IMG/VR virus record: IMGVR_UViG_3300037088_000361
Coordinates: 1 to 64,000 of that record
Source: a virus
Reading direction: 5' to 3' (one strand)
DNA: 64,000 bases
In this document: positions 55,600-64,000 of the stretch, one piece after another
Layout: the number at the start of each line of letters is the position of its first letter
Numbering within the stretch: the first letter of the stretch is position 1
Notes under the pieces: model-generated
Told to the model about the DNA's origin: nothing
Seen by the model: only the letters and a program-made list of their open reading frames with translations
Databases searched by the model: none
Translations under genes and position numbers: made by a program

Positions 55600-58425
55600 C
55601 TAGCTATTACCCCCTGGAAGCAAGTTTTTTATAAATGGCGGAAGTGAGGGCACGGGAACATTGGGGTTTATCTTGGCATTGGCCACCTGCTTGATGACCT
55701 GTGTGTCTGTGGATGACACGCCACCAGTCAGGAAGACCTGGACGCTGTTCTTGATGTCCGTGAGGCTGCTGTCCAACATCTTTCCTGCCGCCAACATATC
55801 CGGCTGGGGATTGCTAGTGAGGTTGCTGGCGTCCCCCGGCTGTCCCTCTTGCGGGGTGACAAGCTCAATGACGGAGTCAAGTTCTACCGAGTCATATATC
55901 ACACTCATAGTCTGGGCGACATCGGAACTGGATAACCTCTTGTACATATCAGAAGTTGAAAGCTGCCCTGTGATGCTGGGGTCGTTGGGGGTTGCCATCC
56001 CGGCGAATAAAAATACATTGACGTTGTCTAGGGTGCCTTGAGACAGTGAATTAGCGGAGTCTGGCGTCAGTATACCAAGGCGCGTCTCCCTGATGGCGTC
56101 GGTGAGCGTCATCCAGCGCCCCCACGGGAAGGGGGTGGCGACCTCATATCCCTTATCGTCCGTATAGGGCTGGGTCTCAAGGATTTTTTCGAGATATTGG
56201 ATGTCAATGCCTTTGGAAAGCCAATTCTTGCCCGAAAAAAATGGCTCACCGGCCTGCATCGTCGGTCCTCCATCATTCCCATAGGGGTTGACACCGGTTT
56301 GCAGGTTGTTGGTTTCATTAGCAAGGCGGCGGGTATTGAAGGTATCAGCATCCACCTGGTCAGCCTTGTCATTCTGGAGACGGTAGCACTTGTCCTTCGT
56401 ATCCCAGCGGGAGGACCACACATTCCCGATGGTCTCCTTCTGGTGCATGATGTATGCCCATTCATCTGAGGAGAAGGGAGCGTCCTTCGGGGGACGGGCG
56501 GTGACTGTGGTCCCCGACGACACGCTTGTGGACTGAGATACCCAAGTGGGGGGGTTAACAGCAGGCTGATTGGCTGTCGGGGGCTTTGTCCATTGATATA
56601 CGAGGTTAGGCTGGCTGGTGTAAGAAGTAAGGGTCTTCCCGTTCGTCGTACTCGTGGAGGAGATAAGCGGGCGCTTGCGGATGGTATCAAGGGTGATGCT
56701 CATCGTCGCCGACTGCCCCTGCTGGTAGTTAATGCTGACGAGCCTGATGTACCCATACATATCCTTGTGCGGGAAGTACATCGGGAACCCGAGCCTTAGC
56801 TCTGGGCGAAGCGGGATGGTGACGGTATAGGAACGGTAGCCTCGATTTGCCCGTGTCGTCTCGGAGGCAGCATAGGCATACATCAGTTTGGGGTCGTTCA
56901 TACGTAGGAAACCCAGAGTCCGGGCAGGCTCTTCACGCAGCCCGAACTTGGACATCTTGGCGATGTCCATATAGTCAGCAGCAGGGGTTAGGGTCTGAGC
57001 CATCTCGGAATTAAATTGGAAGTCAGTTAACCAGCCTCCTTGTATGGTCGTGCGAGTGGCCTTAATAGCGTGCTCGTCCTCGGTCTCGCTCTCGCTCTCT
57101 ATCTCACTGAGGTGGACTACGAACGGATTGGTGGCCTCGGTGATATAGTTGGCGGAGCTTGTTGTGCTGGTGTTGGAAGCATTCTGCCCAACATTGGTGA
57201 CATCAAGATTGTATAACGGTGGCTTGAAGATGATGGCCCCGTCAATGTCCTGATACCCCTCGTAAAGGAGTAGGTGGACCAGATTCCTGACGCGCTCGAT
57301 GCGGGAGGTTATCTTGCCGTTGAGAAGTTGGATGTTCCCCACACCGAAATCCGGTAAGTATTTATTTATGGTGTTGATGAACAAGTTGGGGTCAAGACGG
57401 GTAAGTCCGGGAGCATCCTTGGCGAGAAGAGCAAGCCGAGCGGCACGGAGTTCGGGAGAAAGCTTACCCTCAGCATCGCTGGGGTGGGCGCTAAGGACAT
57501 TGAGAATAAGATAAGGGTCGTCTTCAAGTGTGACCGGAGAATTCTTCATATCGTAACCGAGGATACGGACATCTCGGATAAGGTTTATTAGCCTAGCCTG
57601 CCACCTCATGATGTAGCCCCCTTGGACGACATCATACCAGTCAGAAGGGTTAATGCTTTTATTACTCAACTGTGCTTGCGCCAAGGAGTTCAACTGGAAC
57701 CCTGCGGGGGTGACGGACCGCAGGAACATATCGGCAAGCTGCTTATAAGGGTCCATTTGTGCAGCGTTGCTACTATAAGGGGTCAAGTATTCTACCGGGG
57801 CGTTACTTAGCAGAGCGGCGGCAAGGTCAACCTGCATAAGCTCAAGGAACCTAAGCGTCCCGGAGCACCCGATGGATATCTGGAGGCTGGTTCCCGTATC
57901 GCTATAGCCTATGGTCGATATCATCCCCTTGAAGACCCGATAGTAGAGGGTGTTCCCTCGTGGGGACGGGAAGTACCCCTTGGCGAACACCTGCACTTCC
58001 ATCATCGTCTCAAGGACATTCTCTCCCCCCGCAGGGGCTTGGAACAGGCGCTTGAGGTTGTTGGGGACGGACAGGGTAATAGTGGCTGCTGGGATGAGGT
58101 TGTCGATGTCGTAGGAGGTGGAGAATGAGTCCACGAAGTCATTGAAGTTCACGACAGTGTACTGCCCGTTGGATTGGTTTTTTATGTCTTGGTCGTTTAT
58201 GAATTTATTAATTAAATATGGGCGTCCTTCGACGTAACAAATTACGTCTGGCGCAGTCTTTATTATTTCACGCTCACCCACCGATTGCATCACATTGCGA
58301 ATAGTATTCGTCGTCACGGGAGGAACTAGAGTATTGAGGCTAAGATTGTTCTGCCCCGGAGGGAGGTTAGCGTTATTCTGCCCCAAGGGAAGTTCTTGAA
58401 TTAAACGACTAGGTGTATTTCCCAT
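55600..58425 (-). CDS. Baseplate hub (gp27/gpD-like) protein
   Basis: RVFKGMI, YQDIDGAIIFKPPLYN, KFGLR, TIPLRPELRLGFPMY. Confidence 0.75.
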   Translation of the reverse strand: MGNTPSRLIQELPLGQNNANLPPGQNNLSLNTLVPPVTTNTIRNVMQSVGEREIIKTAPDVICYVEGRPYLINKFINDQDIKNQSNGQYTVVNFNDFVDSFSTSYDIDNLIPAATITLSVPNNLKRLFQAPAGGENVLETMMEVQVFAKGYFPSPRGNTLYYRVFKGMISTIGYSDTGTSLQISIGCSGTLRFLELMQVDLAAALLSNAPVEYLTPYSSNAAQMDPYKQLADMFLRSVTPAGFQLNSLAQAQLSNKSINPSDWYDVVQGGYIMRWQARLINLIRDVRILGYDMKNSPVTLEDDPYLILNVLSAHPSDAEGKLSPELRAARLALLAKDAPGLTRLDPNLFINTINKYLPDFGVGNIQLLNGKITSRIERVRNLVHLLLYEGYQDIDGAIIFKPPLYNLDVTNVGQNASNTSTTSSANYITEATNPFVVHLSEIESESETEDEHAIKATRTTIQGGWLTDFQFNSEMAQTLTPAADYMDIAKMSKFGLREEPARTLGFLRMNDPKLMYAYAASETTRANRGYRSYTVTIPLRPELRLGFPMYFPHKDMYGYIRLVSINYQQGQSATMSITLDTIRKRPLISSTSTTNGKTLTSYTSQPNLVYQWTKPPTANQPAVNPPTWVSQSTSVSSGTTVTARPPKDAPFSSDEWAYIMHQKETIGNVWSSRWDTKDKCYRLQNDKADQVDADTFNTRRLANETNNLQTGVNPYGNDGGPTMQAGEPFFSGKNWLSKGIDIQYLEKILETQPYTDDKGYEVATPFPWGRWMTLTDAIRETRLGILTPDSANSLSQGTLDNVNVFLFAGMATPNDPSITGQLSTSDMYKRLSSSDVAQTMSVIYDSVELDSVIELVTPQEGQPGDASNLTSNPQPDMLAAGKMLDSSLTDIKNSVQVFLTGGVSSTDTQVIKQVANAKINPNVPVPSLPPFIKNLLPGGNS

Positions 58426-58440
58426 ATCTTTGCTTAACTC

Positions 58441-59574
58441 CTAACCTGTTCCAGTTGAGGCATGGAAACTGGCATACGCCGCGCTGGTTCCCACCAAAGT
58501 GGGGGTAATTGATGATGTCTGTGCCGGAAACGATGAGTTTGCCATCGTGGTAAACATATTTGTCGTCGTGGCAGGGGGGAAGTTAGTTGGGGGCACCCAG
58601 TCCAAGGATTGGGAAGTCGCTGCTTCTGCCGGGGCAGTTGAAGAATCGGTAGCCATATATGCTTGATAGGAGTGCCCCCTCTGGATGACGCTGGGCAGGC
58701 TGTTGATGTACGGCGAGCTTGCCCTGAACCTCTCTTTCCAGGCAAGGAAGGATATCCTAAACTCTGCCCGATGCGGATGGTCGGCGTCCAACGTGTAGCT
58801 GAAGTCCTCAAACATCCCGTTCCACACAAAGTTCCCGACGATGAGCTGAACATCCTGGTGCTTCTTGATGCGGCGGCGGGTGTACCCAGGAGCCATGGGA
58901 CCTTCATTACTCTCCTCTCCTTCAAACCAGTATCCATTGTTCTCGAAGAACATCCCGAGTTGCTGGAGGTTGCGCCACGACTCGGAAAAATAAGCATACC
59001 CATCCGTCAACCCATAGCTCCAGTATTGTCCTGGGGAGTGCCCGGTCAAAGAGATGTTGACAAGGCTTTCCCCCCATACCCCGAACTGCCAGCCCCCACG
59101 GGCAAATGTCTGCGAATCCTCGGTAGAGCGGGACACAGAGGCAGTTTGGGGGTTAATAAGGAACCGATACTCAGCCGTCAGGTTGGGGTCAAACTTGCCG
59201 TTGGAGTCTCTGCCCCGATGGGGGATGCGGACGATGACATAATCCACGAAGGTCTTCTTGGCGGCGTGGATATAGAAATCTTTGGCTTCGCCACGATGAG
59301 GAGCGGTGGTAGGAATCCCACTGATTATCGTATTGACTATCGCCGTGGCGTTCTCCGGTATGAACCGCTTTTCCGCCCGGATGGGGAGGAGCATAGCAGG
59401 CGTCGGGACGTGGTTTGGTGAGGCGGCGTGAATGTCGCTCATGTCGTTGATGTCACCCTTCGCCACCTCGGGGGCGGGGGCGTGGTTCGACACTGTGGGT
59501 GCCAAGGCTGTAAGGTTCAGATTGGGCTGCCCAAGAGGGAGTTCATCGGTAGTCAATGTAAAAGGTATTGCCAT
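58441..59574 (-). CDS. Tail-tube-fold baseplate protein (tube initiator-like)
   Basis: FLINPQT.S...TFARGGW...WGE...ISLTG; WNGMFEDFSY..DA..P...F.ISF. Confidence 0.65.
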   Translation of the reverse strand: MAIPFTLTTDELPLGQPNLNLTALAPTVSNHAPAPEVAKGDINDMSDIHAASPNHVPTPAMLLPIRAEKRFIPENATAIVNTIISGIPTTAPHRGEAKDFYIHAAKKTFVDYVIVRIPHRGRDSNGKFDPNLTAEYRFLINPQTASVSRSTEDSQTFARGGWQFGVWGESLVNISLTGHSPGQYWSYGLTDGYAYFSESWRNLQQLGMFFENNGYWFEGEESNEGPMAPGYTRRRIKKHQDVQLIVGNFVWNGMFEDFSYTLDADHPHRAEFRISFLAWKERFRASSPYINSLPSVIQRGHSYQAYMATDSSTAPAEAATSQSLDWVPPTNFPPATTTNMFTTMANSSFPAQTSSITPTLVGTSAAYASFHASTGTG

Positions 59575-59577
59575 ATT

Positions 59578-61170
59578 TTATCCTGCTGGATTGAATATAA
59601 AGCCCAGCGTCTTCTCAACTTGGAACACAAAGTTGAACTCCCACTTAAACGGGGTGGCCGCATCTTGGGCCCAGCTTAAACTCTTGAAATAACCCAGATA
59701 ATTTACCCCTTTGAACTTCATTAAAATTGCACCACGGCTCATCACGTCATTTGTCCGGCCGTTCATCTGCGTGGCGGATATACCAAGCTCCGGGCTCCAA
59801 GCGTCAATACCCACCTGCTCCGAGACTTGACCCGACCCCGCTTCCTGTTCAGCCTTCTCATAAAACCACCGTATGCCATTCATCTTGAACAGGGATAGAA
59901 ACTCCACGAAGGCGTCCTGTGCCGCCACCCGAAACATATCTTGTGGCTTGGGAGACTGCGTCAGCTTACTGAGATAGGATTGGGCACTCAGTGATTCCCC
60001 CCCGTAAACCTCGCTTATCATATCAGGTGATGCACCCTGCTCGGCGTTGGTCGCCGTTTCCTGCCCAAAGGCAAGTGGGGAGAAAGACTGGTTGGAGGCT
60101 AATGTCTGGAATCCCGCCGTCACCGCCGAGATAATGTCCTGGGATATGGTCGCCGTGCTGAAAAAATCGGTCAACCCCAACTGGTTCATAAACACACCGG
60201 TCGTGCAGCTTCCCTCTATCGTGTCTGCCTGCATCCCCCACATCGTGACATGCCATCCGACACGGGTCCTCTGCGGGTGGCACACATGCTTGGAGCTTAC
60301 GCTGAAGGTCTTCATCGAGGCATTGAGTTGTACCTGTAGAGGAGGAGCACCTTGGATGCTGGTAGCCCCCGGTGATACCTGCGGAAGATACACATCCTGC
60401 CTGTCGTGCAGGATGACCTCGAATACCACCGGGGTCACCACTCCTCTGACCTTGGGGTTGCCTGTAACTAAGCCAGTATCCTTGTACCACGGTGTATTGT
60501 TCAAGCCTACATTGATGATGGCATCTGGGAACAGGGAGCCGTAATCCACGGTAGAGGGAAGAAGGGACACGGGGGTGTAATTAACCACATCGTGTGTAAG
60601 GGGGGAGTTGGTGGTTGTAGAGCCTGCAACATCACCCGTCCCCTGATTGTTGATTACTCCTCCAGGGGGGTTGCTAGTCACTAATTTGATTCCTGGGTTT
60701 GTAGCCGTGACATTACCATTGACAAGGTCCTTCATCTTCGTGGTGGGGAGAATCCCCATCCTTTGACAAGTACCGGTAACATAGTTAGGGTTGATGTTGT
60801 CAGCCCAAGGACTCCCTGCTTGAAAGGTTTCCAAATACTGGGCGACGGTCAGGTCACCCGTGCTGGCTAGACCCAGTTTATTGGCAACATAAGTGTACTG
60901 GGAACCAGAGCCTGCGGTGCCGTCGGCCACCCCTTGAATCTTGTTCTGGAGAGAAGCATATCCTGCCTCGGCTGTGGGGTAAACTATCTGCCTCTCTGAG
61001 CCGATGACCTGACCCGTATAACCAGCCCCAGCCCGCTCGTCTCCAGGATTGTTAGCCCTTGATGCTACAGTGCCAGGCTGCCCAAAGCCTTCACTGATGG
61101 CTTGGGAGTTGGCAAGGGCAGCATTGTTTGTCCCATAAGTAGGCATTACCCACCCCCGCTCCGCAGCCAA
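59578..61170 (-). CDS. Tail-tube-fold baseplate protein with N-terminal lysozyme-like domain
   Basis: RANNPG...YPTAEAG...L...NY N-terminal domain; C-terminal half paralogous to 58441-59574. Confidence 0.65.
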   Translation of the reverse strand: MAAERGWVMPTYGTNNAALANSQAISEGFGQPGTVASRANNPGDERAGAGYTGQVIGSERQIVYPTAEAGYASLQNKIQGVADGTAGSGSQYTYVANKLGLASTGDLTVAQYLETFQAGSPWADNINPNYVTGTCQRMGILPTTKMKDLVNGNVTATNPGIKLVTSNPPGGVINNQGTGDVAGSTTTNSPLTHDVVNYTPVSLLPSTVDYGSLFPDAIINVGLNNTPWYKDTGLVTGNPKVRGVVTPVVFEVILHDRQDVYLPQVSPGATSIQGAPPLQVQLNASMKTFSVSSKHVCHPQRTRVGWHVTMWGMQADTIEGSCTTGVFMNQLGLTDFFSTATISQDIISAVTAGFQTLASNQSFSPLAFGQETATNAEQGASPDMISEVYGGESLSAQSYLSKLTQSPKPQDMFRVAAQDAFVEFLSLFKMNGIRWFYEKAEQEAGSGQVSEQVGIDAWSPELGISATQMNGRTNDVMSRGAILMKFKGVNYLGYFKSLSWAQDAATPFKWEFNFVFQVEKTLGFIFNPAG

Positions 61171-64000
61171 TTTTGGACGCCCTTGAACCCATCCGTAATG
61201 GTCTTGGCAGCCTGGGCGACAGCCGCCTGCGTGTCGAATACAGAGAACTCACTGCTTTCTCTGGGCGTTGGGGGACCGCTTCCCGCGTGAGTGCTAACGC
61301 CGGTGTTGGTGTGGATGTTAGTGACTTGGACGACAGGGGCGGCGGGGGATGAAGTCTTGTCGGCCGCTTTTCCTATACCTTGTTCGGCTGCGATGGTGGC
61401 GGCACCACCTGGCTTTAGCACATTTAACCCAAGGGGGTTTGCTAAAGAGGGATCCAGCTTTCCGCTCCGAGCCAAGTCGGAAAGACCGCTGCCTAGGGTG
61501 TCCGCATCCAGAAATCCTCCTCCTGACCCCGCCTTCTGTTTAAGCGTTGCTAACTCCATGTTAAACGCATTCACCCTCTCTCCTGTGGAGGCGCTCCCCT
61601 TTGCCAACTCCAGTTCCGTCTTACCCTTCTTTATCGTCTCTGTCAAATCATCCCTTCGGGCTGTTAACGAGGCAAGCATCGTGGGGTTATCCTTTGCCCT
61701 CTTCATTGCATCAGTGAGGTCCTTCTCCTGTTGTTCCAAGGTCTCTAGGCTCCCTCGATAACTGTCGGGTCCCGTTTTCGCTATTTCCTTGGCTACCTCG
61801 GCTTGGTCCTCTGCGCTGGCTCGGTGACTGATATGGAAGACGACTAGCAAATCATCGATGGCGTTTCCTATGGAGGTCAGTATACCGTACACCTTCATCT
61901 CTAGGATATCCTTAATTTGGCTTAAGTAGTCATCGCTCGTGGTCATTGCCTTCCCCAAGCTATCAGCCATCGTCTCCTTGAGCCTTTCCCCCTCGGTCTT
62001 GTTACTTTCTTCTAGCTCTTTCCACAGCTTTCCGCCCGGCAACATAGCATCCGCCATGTTGCCCAAGAAGTCGGTTTTCCAGCCTTCCTCTGCCTTCGCT
62101 TGCAAGCCCATATCGGTGGGAAGTCCTCGCTTGAGGTCCTCCACAGACACCCCGGTATACCGTGCTGCTTTTTTATATTGTTCGTCCCCAAGCTTACCGG
62201 ACTTCAAATCGTTGACCCAAGTAGCCGCCAAGTCCCCCATGGTACTGCGTACATCGTTAAGAAACTCAGGAGGCAACTGCATTTCCTCAGAAAACTTCCT
62301 CTGTTGTAATTCATAGTTTCCCATAAGCCCAGGATTCGTCATGAAGGTGTGTGCAACATCTGCATCAGTTTTTCCTAGTTTTCCTCCTGCACTCCGATTA
62401 ACCATTGCTAATACAGCGGAAACCTTGCCTAGATTAAGTGATGCCGCTACTGCTGGAGGCATGTTAATCATATGGGAAAGCTGTATGGCATTTTGTATGT
62501 TAGCGTCCTGACCAAAATTCCCCACTGTTGTACGAGACTCTAACCCTGCGGTCAACTGTCCGATAGCAGTCCCTACCAGTCCGGTCCTCTCGGTCCCTAC
62601 GTTTGCTATCTCTTGGTTGGCAAGTTGGCGTGCCCTTTGTCTAGCTGCCTCACTTTCAATCAAATCTTGGGCACTGCCGATGCCCTGTTCCTTCATATAC
62701 TTTTCTGCATCTTCTCTCCCCAGCCCCTTTGCTGTATAAACATCCCGCAAACTATCGTATGCGGATTGGGCGCTTCTGTCTACACCCTCCTTCGCCGACG
62801 CTGTCATGACATCCTTTACACCCTGTGGCATCTGTGATAGGATATAGGCTCCCATCTCTGGCGTAGTCTTGGTGGCAAAGAGCCCCTTCATCGTATCCTC
62901 CAACTGCTCCACTGTAAGGAGTCCAGTGTGGCCAAGCCCCCTGAGTGCTCCCGTAACAGTATCAACCCCACGTGCCATATGGGTAAACTGCCCGGATATC
63001 TCATCGAGAATCTGGATGTACTTTATTGATGTTAGCCCCGCCGCCTTGATGTCTATGTTGAGCTTGTTGAAGAAGCTGTCGGTCTGCTCCAAAGACAAGT
63101 GGTATTGCTGAAGAAGCTTCATTATGGTCTCGACGGCTTGAGGCGTATCCAGCCCTGCTAGCCTTGCTCCCCCGAATACAGTGGAGGCTATCCCCCCGCC
63201 TACCGGTCCACCAGCCCTTCCTATGATGTTGTGGGTAAGGTCGTTGTTGGCATCCGAGAGGTCGGAAACCCCGACCCCAAACTTGTTTATGGCGGCGACC
63301 ATCTCATAGTTTATTTTCTGGGTCTGGCCATACATATTAACGCCGGGGGTTAGGTTAGTACGCACGTTCTGGAAGGCTTGGGCTGCTCCCGTCTGCCCTC
63401 CGGCAAACAGACCACTTGTTCCCATTTTACTGTAGATGTCTTGATTACTCTTAATCATCCCGTCAAACAGTTCTTTCATGGCCGTCACTACCCCTACGAC
63501 TACCCCAATTGGTCCAGCCAACTCCGTTGCTGTTCCTGCAAGTGCCTCACCACCACCCCTGATAGTAGCTCCGACCGCCTCTAGGCCAGCGCCCCCCACC
63601 TCTGCCCCCTCTGCTGCCCCAGCAAACTCAGTCGCAAATGATTTCACCCCCTTTGCTGCACGCCCCGCCCTCCATCTTCCAATTCTCCCTGTATGCCCGC
63701 TGTACTTCATCATCTCTGTTACTAGGTCGTCATGGCTCATACTTGCGATTTCCTGGGCACGCCGCCTGTTTTCTGGTTCACTTCTGAGTTGTTTTACAAC
63801 ATCCTTGTCTATCCTGCCCTTTTCATTCAATTTTAGCTCACCCAGAAGGGTTCCGATAGGACCACCATGTAATGCTGCCTTCTTTTGAAATAGCTCAGCC
63901 CCTGCCTGCCGTTGTTCCACCGCTCCTCGGCGCATATAACCCACCTGCCTGCCCAAGCTGGAAAGGCGTTCAAAGGGAGCCATCAATGGGCCCAAGGTTC
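61146..64000 (-). CDS. Tape measure protein (5' part outside window)
   Basis: Long Ala/Gly-rich helical ORF upstream of tube-initiator, hub and spike genes. Confidence 0.75.
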   Translation of the reverse strand, partial: TLGPLMAPFERLSSLGRQVGYMRRGAVEQRQAGAELFQKKAALHGGPIGTLLGELKLNEKGRIDKDVVKQLRSEPENRRRAQEIASMSHDDLVTEMMKYSGHTGRIGRWRAGRAAKGVKSFATEFAGAAEGAEVGGAGLEAVGATIRGGGEALAGTATELAGPIGVVVGVVTAMKELFDGMIKSNQDIYSKMGTSGLFAGGQTGAAQAFQNVRTNLTPGVNMYGQTQKINYEMVAAINKFGVGVSDLSDANNDLTHNIIGRAGGPVGGGIASTVFGGARLAGLDTPQAVETIMKLLQQYHLSLEQTDSFFNKLNIDIKAAGLTSIKYIQILDEISGQFTHMARGVDTVTGALRGLGHTGLLTVEQLEDTMKGLFATKTTPEMGAYILSQMPQGVKDVMTASAKEGVDRSAQSAYDSLRDVYTAKGLGREDAEKYMKEQGIGSAQDLIESEAARQRARQLANQEIANVGTERTGLVGTAIGQLTAGLESRTTVGNFGQDANIQNAIQLSHMINMPPAVAASLNLGKVSAVLAMVNRSAGGKLGKTDADVAHTFMTNPGLMGNYELQQRKFSEEMQLPPEFLNDVRSTMGDLAATWVNDLKSGKLGDEQYKKAARYTGVSVEDLKRGLPTDMGLQAKAEEGWKTDFLGNMADAMLPGGKLWKELEESNKTEGERLKETMADSLGKAMTTSDDYLSQIKDILEMKVYGILTSIGNAIDDLLVVFHISHRASAEDQAEVAKEIAKTGPDSYRGSLETLEQQEKDLTDAMKRAKDNPTMLASLTARRDDLTETIKKGKTELELAKGSASTGERVNAFNMELATLKQKAGSGGGFLDADTLGSGLSDLARSGKLDPSLANPLGLNVLKPGGAATIAAEQGIGKAADKTSSPAAPVVQVTNIHTNTGVSTHAGSGPPTPRESSEFSVFDTQAAVAQAAKTITDGFKGVQNWLRSGGG

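Overview
Fragment of a large (jumbo/huge) myovirus-type phage genome, standard genetic code, almost all on the minus strand. The right two-thirds (~22.7-64 kb) is a contractile-tail module: partial tape measure, two paralogous tube-like proteins, hub, spike, baseplate wedge proteins, a 2019-aa Ig-repeat protein and a tail spike/fibre. It is interrupted by a GH19 endolysin, an RlpA-like protein, free-standing homing endonucleases and an island of small ORFs. The left third is accessory: a six-copy paralog array, a phosphoglycosyl transferase, six tRNA/tRNA-like genes invaded by HNH genes, many small genes with a repeated promoter motif, a UvrD/PcrA helicase and an EcoRI-family methyltransferase + DUF262/HNH pair. 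The most striking observation is an unannotated 24-codon leader peptide (MMNITMPHTQTQTQIWAGGGACSG, 12446-12520, minus) with complete 1:2 / 2:3 / 3:4 attenuator hairpins at the head of the tRNA cluster. Its Thr (ACA, ACG, ACC), Gln (CAA, CAG) and Ile (ATC, ATT) codons match the downstream tRNA-Thr(TGT, CGT, GGT), tRNA-Gln(TTG) and Ile(GAT)-like genes. This suggests a ribosome-stalling sensor that switches on replacement tRNAs, three of which carry compensated 19-56 elbow pairs. All calls are by eye; no database search or folding program was run.
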